Source: Haliotis cracherodii (Eukaryota). Taken from it: a stretch of DNA of 64,000 bases. Shown here piece by piece: positions 53,300-64,000 of the stretch. Made by a program: the position numbers and the translations under genes. Position 1 is the stretch's first letter. Every line of letters starts with the position of its first letter. The stretch is taken from assembly GCF_022045235.1 (NCBI RefSeq), contig NW_027266343.1, positions 19,840,001 to 19,904,000 on the forward strand. Reading direction: 5' to 3'. The notes under the pieces are model-generated. The model was not told the DNA's origin, made no database searches, and worked only from the letters and a program-made list of their open reading frames with translations.

Positions 53300-55720
53300 A
53301 CAATCGGAACTAGATAAGTGTGTTCCTCGCACAAGAGGTAAACGGGGCAGTTCTTCCAGATTATTTACTAAAGCGTACTAGTGTTCTGAATTGCAACCCC
53401 AGCTGGACAATTTTAAGCAATGTAAGAATCTTAACCGTAAAACCGACAAGAAACAAAAAGCAAATTTGAAAGGATTTTTGACAAACGACATCAGCTAGAC
53501 AAGCAATGCAACCTGCTTTCCGTGTATGACACAAATTCGACAAGAGACTTCTGGAAAGTGATTGGCAAAATCTGCATATCTAACGATCATACCCATACTA
53601 CCCCATGAGAAGTTAACAAAGATGACGCAATTCACTATGATCAGACTACTGTCCTAAATGTTTGGAAATATGCTTATATGAAACATTATACAATGGTGAC
53701 TATTCTCACTGTAGTGATAATATCTGTAACAATGGGCTACGCGCCTCTGGTTGAGTCGGTCATGATATTGATGCGTTAAAACTTAAATCTTCCATCTCCA
53801 GGAAGTAGGTAGTGCATGCAGCTGACAGAGAAAAAGCGTGAAAGGCGGCTCGTATCGTTTACGTTTTGTGTTGGTAATGGCACAATTCCTAACATGAGAA
53901 AAGAAGGCATGATATCTCCTATACCTGTAGCAGATGGCCATGATCGGACCGATCCTTCTAAAAATAGGGGCATGACGATTTTATCAATACCTTGTAAAAT
54001 ATTCTCAAAGTTTTTAAATATTCGTCTGAACGTGTGGCTCGAAAATAATAAACTGCTTGCAGATGAGCAAAATGGTTTTCGCAAAAAAAGAAGTACTGTT
54101 GAACATATTTACAGTCTTTATTCAATAATTTATTATAAATAACAGGAAACAACACAAAAGTCTACATTTGTCAGCTTTATTGATGCAAGAAAAACATTCA
54201 ATAGGTTAAACTGTGAATCTTTGTGGTTGAAATTTTAAAATCTTGTTGTCAAGGAGCGTGTTTTAGACTGTATAAAATCACATTCAAGCAGAGTATCTGT
54301 GAATGGTCACTTAACCGAACGTTTAAGTGTAACGTCCGCAGTGAAACAAGGCTGGGGATTGTCACCCACACTGTTTTCTATTTTTATAAATCACCTTGTT
54401 TGGAAAATCAACGATGTAAAATGTGGTGTTGAAGTCAATAAGCAAATGTTGAGTACAGTAAACTACGGTTATAACGAACACGCTTATAACGAACTGACGG
54501 ATATAACGAACTCACTTTTTGGTCCCGACTATTTGCTGTAGTTATGCTGTATATATGCTTATAACGAACTACGGTTATAACGAACTAAAATTAGAAGTCC
54601 CTTTGAGTTCGTTATAACCGTACTTTACTGTATGTTATTGTTTACAGATGATAAAGCTTTAATCGTACCTGAAGTGCAGTCTCTACTGAACAAAACTAAA
54701 ATTGTCCATTTCAGAAATGATAACTGTTCTTCGTCTTCTTTGCTTACCTGGTCAGGCACAACTTCAGCATTTTCTCCTATGTACAAATACCTTCTATGTA
54801 CTATAGGTTTGTGGTTTAATGAATATCTTGACATGAATTGTACAGCAAACGAAATTGCTAAATCTGCAAGTCGGGTTTTATCCACGATAATTGTAAAATC
54901 TTAAAGTATCCCCCACAGTGTTTTTCAAAAGCTGAACGCTAGTCTTGTACAGCCAGTTTTGTGTTACGGTGCGGCAATATGTGGTACTCGACGTACAGCT
55001 GTCTCAACACAGTGCACAAAAGAGCCTGTAGATTTTATTTGGCCACTAGAGGGGACATGGGATGGTTTTCATGTTTCTACAAACAGCAAGTTAAAATTGT
55101 GGGCTTTTGGCGTTAAATTCCTGTCTCCAAAACGTAAACGTTTATGTAACCTTTTGATGTGATCTACCACATTTTCTAATTCTTTGGTGAAACGTGTCAC
55201 AGCTGTATTTGCACGTGTTGATATTGATGTCACAAACATGTATAAAGGATGAATTGTTACAAAGGGACACTAATAACTGTTGGCACCAATGCCATGGTAT
55301 GACAATGGTAAGCCTAATGGTGACAAACTGCGCACCTACTGTCTTTTACAAAAAGTATCTTTCATTGAAGAAATATGTAAAACCTATTTTCTCGAGGGAA
55401 AACCGCAGTATTTTAACAATGTTTCGAAGTTGTACCCTTCCTCTTGAATCTGTACGTGACCATTATAACCGCCCCACAGTCCCTCTAGCTTATGTAATCA
55501 TTTTAGTTTTAACGTTGTTGAAGATGAATGTCACATTTTAGTCATTTGACCATTTAATTCGGATTTCAGATATGATCTATTTTTAAAATTTAAAATATCT
55601 AATTTTTCCCAGTTTGAACCAGTTTTTCTCTCTATGTAGCCTCTAGTTCAACTTTCCTATGTGGTCAACGATCTATGTTCACAATCTGTTACCGCAACAC
55701 TTTGCAAAATGTATAAACGC
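53300..55720 (+). mobile_element. Degenerate non-LTR retrotransposon (LINE) reverse transcriptase
   Basis: ISPIP..DP..NRGMTILSIPCKIF, EQNGFRKKRSTVEHI, SFIDARK.FNR, VKQGWGLSPTLFSIFIN, LLFTDD, YKYL..GLWFNEYL and 3' EDECH-like fragments, with stops and frameshifts. Confidence 0.85.
54456..54630. mobile_element. 175-bp Tc1/mariner-type MITE inserted in the LINE RT
   Basis: TIRs cagtaaactacggttataacgaac and gttcgttataaccgtactttactg, with a TA TSD on both sides. Removing it restores ATG TTG AGT ATG TTA TTG TTT ACA GAT GAT (MLSMLLFTDD). Confidence 0.92.
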
Positions 55721-55739
55721 AAACTTCTTCACTACACCC

Positions 55740-56225
55740 ATCTCAAAGCTATCCCACATCTATGCATGGTTGTCTCAGAACTGTTACCATAATTACCTTA
55801 TTTAGATATATACCACTTGACAAAGGAACTTGGACAACGTATATGGTGAATTATTGTGAAAACACAATACCCTGGACATGGCCTGTAGAGAACATCCATG
55901 GTGATGGACTCAAGGAGGCTCACTTCAATGTTCGATCCCTCAATGCTCATTTAGAAGATGTGAAGAAGGATAAGTTTTGTTGGTGTTGGTCATGTTTTGT
56001 GTTTCACAGAAACTCACATTAATATTACAGTGAAAGAGACCTCCAAGGCTATCAAGTCTATCCAGGAGACACTACACATGGTATTGCTGTGTATGTTTCA
56101 ACAAGTTTCAAGAACAGTGTCCAGCTATGTGATGTAATCTCATCTCGCAGTTTTTAATACAATTCCTTTCTTGTTGGCAAGTTCTGCATTGCTTGTGTGT
56201 ATGTTCCTCCAAAAGTGTCATGGAC
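55740..56225 (+). mobile_element. Degenerate APE/EEP endonuclease fragment, possibly Helentron-derived
   Basis: HFNVRSLNAHLEDVKKD, VLCFTETH, HGIAVYV and ACVYVPP in shifting frames. It lies downstream of the LINE RT, so probably belongs to a separate element. Confidence 0.55.
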
Positions 56226-56468
56226 ACGGTTGTTCATCAGCGCAGGTAGTGATAACTCTTTAATCATCACCAAGGCGAATGTGGAACAATGAATGATTGA
56301 CCTGATTATAGGTCAACCTTGTGATATCGTATGAGTATCACCTGCTGCTTGGAACCCATATCTAGACAGTTATTAGTTATAAAGTGTTATCACTTACACG
56401 GACACTCACATCTCCCGAGTTAGGACATCGCCTTGTCGTGCGGCCAACACGCTGCTTACTGCTCTAAC

Positions 56469-59400
56469 ATGGGTGTGCTGAGGGCATATGTATTACTAGT
56501 TTTTGTGTATACATGTATGGGTCAGTATATCTACCCCGTTGACGACACACCCGGACTTGGCCGGGTATTCGATGGCATTGGTGCCATCAGTGGCGGAGGG
56601 GTGAGTATCCTTGACCTGTGAGCTTGTACGAATGACGACAGTTTGGTAGGTGAATATGATTTACTGATAAATATGCTCAGACTAAGTCTAATTGTGAGAA
56701 TGTTTGACCTCATGTGTGAGTATGGTCTATTGGTGGTGAATGAGCTATCTTTGTGACCATTTCGATCTCTCAGGCATACTATACTGTGTTTTATTTGGTG
56801 CTGTTGAATATTGAAATTGACCAAGAGATTGAATTACAAAGGCTCACGAACCTGATAATTTCAGGCTACATCAAAACTGTTGGTCAGCTACCCACAACAA
56901 CAACGAGACGAAATTCTGGATTTCCTGTTTAAGGTAAGGTATGACCATCTTCACGGTGATGTTTTCTGTATATTCATGTTAATGTTACTGGTCATGCAAC
57001 AAGGTGACATACATGTATTCTGTAAATAATAAATAAATATATTATAACATTGAGGCAAGTGTGTTCAAAACGGATTCCATTTGGTGTAATAGGCAAAATA
57101 GCGGTAAAAAGTATATGAATGGATCGCTGAAAATCAATGATGACACCTAGTTTTCGTGTAAGCATGTCATACCCTACCGGAAGCACCCGCCACTCACGAA
57201 ATGTGCATAAAAGGTGCTTGTTTGTAGCCTGACGTCGCACAGCAGTAAAAAGATTTCATACCTGTTCAAGAATGAAAGAATTATGGCATGGCCATTCCAA
57301 CAACCACTTAAAAAAAAGATACAACATTATTGTATCATGTAATCATTTCACCTCACTGTGTAATGCAGGTCGATACTCTAATTAAAACTATGCTATAATG
57401 GTATTATGCTTTCAGCCGAACTTTGGAGCATCACTTCATATTTTTAAAGTCGAGATTGGAGGCGATGCCCAAAGCTCAGGTAAGTCCACATGGACGGAAT
57501 GCGAAAAGACTTGAATGTGAAGAGCCAGTATTTGCACTGACACCATTTAATGAATGAATGAACTTTTACTCGCTGAGAATAAATACTGTTGGACATAAAT
57601 TGTGTCTCCCAGAGAATGAACTCTCAGTTCCTTAGAATAAATTCTGTTTGACATGTACTGTCTCTCCCAGAGGGCTCGGAGGCCACACACATGCGGAGTC
57701 CGGATGAGCAGAACTACAACAGGGGCTACGAATGGTGGATGATGAAAGAAGCCAAGAAAGTAGGGGTCATTTTTTCATGGCTTCTGCTTACATACTGTTC
57801 CACTATGCTTAGTTCAGTGTCAATCATCCACCCTCAAGCTGTATGTATTCAATAAATGTGGTATATCATTTCAGCGTAACCCTGACATCAAGCTGTACGG
57901 ACTTCCATGGGGGTTTCCAGGCTGGCTTGAAGACCCTGTTGCCAGCGTGTATGGTCAGCCAGAGCGCACAGCTCAGTATGTGGTCAACTGGGTGATCGGG
58001 GCCAAGAAGTACCACAACCTCACAATAGATTACATTGGGGTACCATACTTTATATGTGTAGCCTGCTGAGTGCTTGTTCTAATGTATGGTTACCTTATGT
58101 TCAGTAATACAAATATGTATCAGATAGAAACTCTCGAGTTATATTCTTGTTAAGTGTGACGATTTGCATATTTTGATAAATTATAAACAACATATCTAAA
58201 ATCATAAGATCACACTCGTAACGAGAGTATGGTTTTACGGCGGAGGCAACCAGAAATGGGCTTCCCACATTGAACCTACATCGAACGATCGAATGCTTTA
58301 ACCACTAGGCTATCCCTGCGACATCATTACGTTATCACAAAATGGGCTGTATGTGAATATAGTGAAACCTATATATGCAGAAGAAAACGTTTCCAGTGAT
58401 AAATGATAACTATTTATGTATATATACGTTATCAGTGGTAATTCATCAGGGGTTTCTTACGGATGAGGTCAGTCAATCTAATCACTCTCAAAGCTACCAC
58501 AAGAATCTTTTGAACAGTTTATTTTAATAAGTCAATGTGTGGAAAATGTATCACGTAATTAATTTTAACTTTCATATCAGTACTACCCTCTCATCCGAAA
58601 TATTCTCTTGCGATATCCTCCGACGTAAAATAATGATCAACGCCACTTGTCTAAACCGTAATGTACAGAAAGCAATATGATAATGTCTAAGGAGTGAGTG
58701 AGTATGGTTTTACGCCGCTTTTAGCAATATTCTAGCAATATCACGGCGAGGGACACCAGAAATGGGCTTCACACATTGTACCCATGCACAAGCGAATGTT
58801 TGAACCATTAGGCTATCCGACCGCCCCGAATGTCTCAGGAAATGTGTCGGGTCTACATAAGTAATCGTACATATATTACACAACTTGCAGTCCCTCTGTA
58901 GAATTTATAGTTTGATTTATTGCTAATCGCAAATTGTTTAGCTTCGTATTCATTTCACCTAGTTTGAATATTATAATAATTTGATATTCTATGTTAATCA
59001 TGCTATGTTCCTTAACTGCTGTGTTCTCCTTATTGTTTCAGTGTTGGAATGAACATATGTACAACACAACGTATATCAAGGTGATTTGGTTTAAAACATT
59101 ATTAATGACAGATAAGGACGATTGGTATCTTTTGTTTTGACAATGTGTTTTAAGTCCAACCATGTTTATACTTAGAAGTTAGAGCCTCAACGATGCAGCC
59201 ATTTACACAACTGCAGCGTTCTCCTTTCAGACGTTAAGGAAAGTCCTGGACAGCAATGGTCTCCAAGACACGCTCCTCGTAGCCGCTGATTACTTCAAAT
59301 GGGACGACTTCGCAACTGATATTTTGAATGACCCTGAACTTGACAAAGCCATCTATGCCATGGGGTCAGTATAACACACAACAGTGAGTTTAGTTCTCTG

Positions 59401-62400
59401 ATGGCTGCAGTCAGTGTTTGCTTTGTTTATGTAATCAATTCAAACGTTTTTCTGTTTCATAAATATATTTCTGAAACGGGGAGTATATCTCCCAGCGGTC
59501 CAGGGCCATGCAATTCAGTATGCAAAAATGCGTTCCAGAATACCTCCATCGTTAGCTCGAATGTTCGATTTGCCCTGAATATGGTTGTTGGTTTAATAGC
59601 TGTCGGCTCCGTAGTTGTGGTCGGGATTTTAACAATGTTTATACGCCTACAACTTTAGTCACTATCCTCCTATATTACGTTAAGGCCTTCTGTCAAAAAT
59701 GAAGTACTGTTAATAGCTAATATACTTGCTATATAAGAAGCCGGACAAATATTTCACTATCTCATCCATGTATTTCTTTACACTATACTTGCCCTTTGCA
59801 ACCTTCATATGGAAATCTTGGTATACGTTCCAGGCGAGTAATATACACTGACACACAATGAAAATGCGCGATCAGCTTGAACTCGAAATGAATGACAAGA
59901 AAACAATTTGAGAGTGCATATTTACCCACATGACCGTGTGATAACACATTGCGAGGAGAAACTGGGCGATGACAGTCCTAAAGTGTCCATTGACTGCACT
60001 CCAACCTTCACACTGCCTCGTCATATTTTCTTTTATACGCCCTCATTCAAGGAATTCACGTGCACTCAAGCATCAGGTTGGAGGAATTTTGTACTTAAGT
60101 CCATCTCCTTACACATAATAACCGAAAAACAACATTTCTATATTTGATTGTCTCAGAAATACCCCCAAACTGTGCCAATATTACAGTCATTTGAATATGC
60201 TTTTTCAAAGTGCTTCAGTGTAGATCTGCAATGTCATTTCAGGGTACACTATCCTGATACTAACAGTACTCCCCTGGCACAGAAATTGGGAACACCTCTG
60301 TGGTCTTCTGAGGATCATTCAGACAGTGACGTAGCTGTAAGTTATTACATACAATCACAGTAAGGGTATTACTTAATTGTGTCTGGCAGGATCCCTTCCA
60401 ATGAGACACATGTCCCGGAATGTTACAGAATGTTTGTTAGGCTTAGAACTTTTTGACCAGCCCTCGTACTCAATATATCTGTCTTGAGAAATTAAGTTAG
60501 GCATGACATCTAAATTTAATCGACAACCGATCGTTCGAATTCCTTAATGGTTATAGAAATACTTAAAGGTAATAAAACGTTCATGAAATCATGTGTACTA
60601 CAGAAATGTTGTACACTACTGAGTCATGTTTTCAGAAATGGAATCGTAACTACGTTAACGGATACATGACAAGGTAAGTCAAGTAATATACATTTATATT
60701 TAAGATAAATTAACAGAAATTACCCTTCGATGACCATCATATTTTGTAAGCAGGCATAAATTTCACTCGAACTTGCTCTGACACTGCGTGCATCAGGACA
60801 TTATGTTTGATTCACTTCCTCCTAAGATTTAAGAGTATGAGCGATCCAATATAACAAAATTAAAAATAGAATGATTGAAAGATCTTTTCATTAATTTTGG
60901 TATCAATTCATATTTCATTGTCAATGGTTTATTATTGGTCTATCTGATCTGAACTGGATCTACGGTCCAGTGGGGATCTAGGAAATAAATATACTGAACA
61001 ACAAAAGTTCCTTTGACATTAAATAAGTTTTAATGCAAAGTTATGTTTTTTACCAAATCTGAAACAATTTCGGTTTACAACAGATAAAAGACTCCTGTAA
61101 GTGTTCAAATGGTTTAATCTGCCATACTGACTTCAGAAAATGCGTGATTTCATAAAAAAAACATGCCAAAATGTCAGTTTACAAATCAATAGCGTGTGTG
61201 TCCACCTCTGGCTGCTATGCAAGAAACACATCTTCATCTCATGGAATGGACCAGGCGTCGCACAAAGTCCTATGGGATATCTGTCCATATCTGCTGGAGC
61301 ATGTTTCGAAGTTCCTGGAGTGTATGTGGAAAACGTGGTTGACGTCGAAGGCGCCGATCTATCTCATACCACATATGCTCGATTGGTGAGAGATCAGGGG
61401 AGAGAGTCGGCCAGGGGATGACATTCACGTTGTTTTGTTGAAGAGAATCCGGAACAAGTCGAGCAATATGAGACCGGGCGTTGTCATGTTGAAAGGTAAT
61501 GCCTGGGCCATGATCTCGTCGCAGTAGCGCTGTCCATTGAGATTTCCCTCTTACACTATCAAACGGGTCCTCTGTCTTGCTGTAATCCCACCCAATACCA
61601 TAACGCTGCCGCCCCGAATCGATCTTCTTCCATGACACAATGATTGACGTAACGTTCACCTCGACGTCGGTACAATCGAATCCGTCCATCGCTGTGGCTG
61701 AGCTGAAAACGAGACTTGTCAGTGAATAGAACTTGTCCCCACGGCATGGCCGTCCAGCGTAGACGTTGTCTGCACCACTGTAGACGTGCTTGACGGTGGT
61801 TTCCTGTCAAAATGGGACGCCTGGTGGGTCTTCTGGCGACAATCCCTGCTCATCTGAGGCGGCGACGTACGGTTTGTGAAGATATTCGTTGAAGGCCAGG
61901 GATGCTTCTTGCTGGCTGGAATCGATTTCGTAGGTGTGTGGTTCGAATCCAGTTGTCTTGTCGATTATTGGTTACGCGTGGCCTGCCACTCCGAGGATGG
62001 TCTCTTACTGCATTCGTCTGTTGCCAACGTTGCCATAAACACCAAATGGTGTTTCTGTGGACGTTAAATTGTCTTGCAACATCACGTTGACTCAATCCTG
62101 CTTCAGGCATACCAATACCAGACGCTCATTTTCGGACAGGCGTGGCATTACGTAATGTTGAATAATTGCGTAATTTTGTTGTTTTTCAGAGTGATTGTTC
62201 TCAGCACGATGCTAAACAATTCATATGGAATCCTGTTAACGCACATGTTATTATACCCATTCTTGGGTAGTGAAATGCATGGGGCTTGCATAAAAGTCAA
62301 CTTTTGCATGGAATGCATACTTTTCTGTAGCGGTTGCGTTTTTGTGTCTTGATTCCATACATGTACTACAATATTGAAAACCAAACTTTACTTGTTTGAA

Positions 62401-64000
62401 AAATACACTAAAATATTAGTGTCACAGGAACTTTTGTTGTTGAGTATACATTAGAACGCACTTGAAAATAAAAGCCAATCAGCCCATTATGAATTTATGC
62501 ATTCCTATATCCTTCCAGCACTATCGTATGGTCAACATTGTGTGGCTTCTATTCCATGCTGCCTTTCTACCCAGCCGGTCTCATGGTGGCCAATGAACCG
62601 TGGAGTGGACATTATAACGTCTCCCATTACGTGTGGTTTGCAGGTCAGTTGAACACCCATTAATGTCTATGGTATTTTATCTCAAATCCAAACAAATATG
62701 ATCAAATAATGATTACAACCATACCGACAGACTGACTTTGGGGTATGGATATAACTGTGGCTACACAAGGTATCCTCTCCTGATACTTACACGATCAATC
62801 ACTGGGAAGTTTTATCACAAAATTCGACGAATGCATAATGGCATGAAATCTCTTTTATTCATTTGTGACAACGGACTCACCTATGTTGCAGCTCACACTG
62901 GTCAGTTTACGAAGCCCGGGTGGATCTACCTGAAGCACGGATATGGGGTGGGGACCCTGGTGAAAGGAGGCAGCTACGTCTCTCTGGTCAGTCCGGACAA
63001 GAAGGACCTTACAATCATCGTTGAGAAAATGGTGAGAAGAAGTCTTAATTTACATGCCATAGGACTCAGATACTCTAGGTTTCTGAGCAACGATTTAGCA
63101 AGCGTAACCATTCGAGTTGGGATAGGCAGGGCCGTGTTTCTAGCCTATCTCCTATTTGTTTGCTTGGTTTCTTAGATCACTTTCATATTGAAATAACCTT
63201 GACATGATATGCTGTTGTTCAGTCCTCTTGACAAATGATACCAGGTAAGTGCAACCCTCGCAAGTATGATCCTAAACTATGTGTCTTTCTAGTGACTTAC
63301 CATTCAGTCTTCCTACGTACCGTTATGTGAACATGTAGAATATATATAAACGTATTCAAATACATGTTTCCATTATATTGTCAATGTCGTACTACAACAG
63401 TTTCTGATATGATATTGACTGATAAATGCCATATTATTATGCAACTGAGTCAACGTAAAGTCACTTCAAATCATTGAGATGCCACGTCCATTTCAGAATA
63501 GTGATACTGACCATGTAACTGCAGAAATGGAGACCGTCACATTTCACATCAAAGGGAAATTTGTAAGTTTTGATATTTCAGAAGAAAATCTCATTACTCA
63601 GAGAGCACTGATCTGTTTGCATATCTGTTATATGTATATACATTATATTTAAACACTCCTAAAACATACTTTAGGATTCCCACAGTAACCTGTGAAGCTT
63701 AAACTGTTTGTATACTCGTTCGACAAATGTGCATTCATTTCCTGTTTAATGGATTTTATTTCGAAACAAATGTCCCTTTGGCCAAACACTAACACCACTT
63801 GATTGTTGAATGCCAAGGGATTCTACAAGATTATGCATCACATAAACGATACATTTGTAACTGTTTAAAGCTGCGTGAAAGACAGCTTATTCACTTATGC
63901 CCTTGCAACATTCTTTAGTTTTAGTGTATATTATATGGCGTATTTGTTTTTTTTTCTGTTCAAAGGCCAATATTGCACAGCTCAACTGCTGGAAAACATA
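56469..64000 (+). CDS. GALC: Galactocerebrosidase-like GH59 gene 5 (divergent short-loop type), 3'-partial
   Basis: Exons: 56469-56600, 56865-56933, 57416-57479, 57671-57759, 57875-58039, 59042-59080 (CWNEH), 59231-59364, 60243-60336 ([13 protein letters not shown]|gtaagt), 60636-60673, 62519-62643, 62892-63031, 63497-63562, and 63966 to the window end. Confidence 0.92.
58692..58827 (-). mobile_element. SINE family A with internal deletion
   Basis: Aligns to 9919-10089; flanked by aatgtct(a/c)agga. Confidence 0.8.
60992..62446 (-). mobile_element. Full-length Tc1-family (DD34E-type) DNA transposon with frameshifted transposase, in gene 5 intron 9
   Basis: ~27-bp TIRs tactgaacaacaaaagttcctttgaca and tgtcacaggaacttttgttgttgagta, TA flanks. 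Transposase ~62148-61200: HTH ([16 protein letters not shown]), [35 protein letters not shown]. Confidence 0.93.

Noticed and set aside
59401-59658. 85-aa ORF with a hydrophobic, TM-like C-terminus
   Set aside because: Lies inside gene 5 intron 7 with no supporting signals or family motif.

Overview
AT-rich eukaryotic (invertebrate) genomic DNA. The SINE types and (ACTC)n tails suggest a gastropod mollusc such as abalone, but that is inference. The window is a tandem cluster of five multi-exon galactocerebrosidase-like genes (GALC, glycoside hydrolase family GH59) with a shared 18-exon layout. Gene 1 (+) is 5'-truncated by the window and ends at 10678. Gene 2 (-) spans 11435-20340, gene 3 (-) 24380-34412 and gene 4 (+) 36942-51458. 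Gene 5 (+) starts at 56469 and runs off the right end. A decayed copy of the 3' end of gene 1 lies between genes 2 and 3 and marks a ~14 kb tandem duplication. All five paralogs keep both catalytic glutamates (WNE and W[AS]SED). Genes 4 and 5 have jointly lost the post-nucleophile GGGCW segment and the SHxHSxCxRP loop, i.e. the equivalents of the C271-C378 disulfide and substrate-binding R380 of mammalian GALC, which suggests a remodelled active site. A 52-bp minisatellite built from the exon-11 splice acceptor occurs in genes 2 and 3: it keeps the AG in gene 2 and has lost it from every extra copy in gene 3. Introns and spacers hold four SINE families, Tc1/mariner, Gypsy, LINE and Helitron-type remnants, a MITE and microsatellites. 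Most entries of the six-frame ORF track are exon fragments or spurious. Exon boundaries were assigned by eye from splice signals, phase and paralog alignment, without transcript data.
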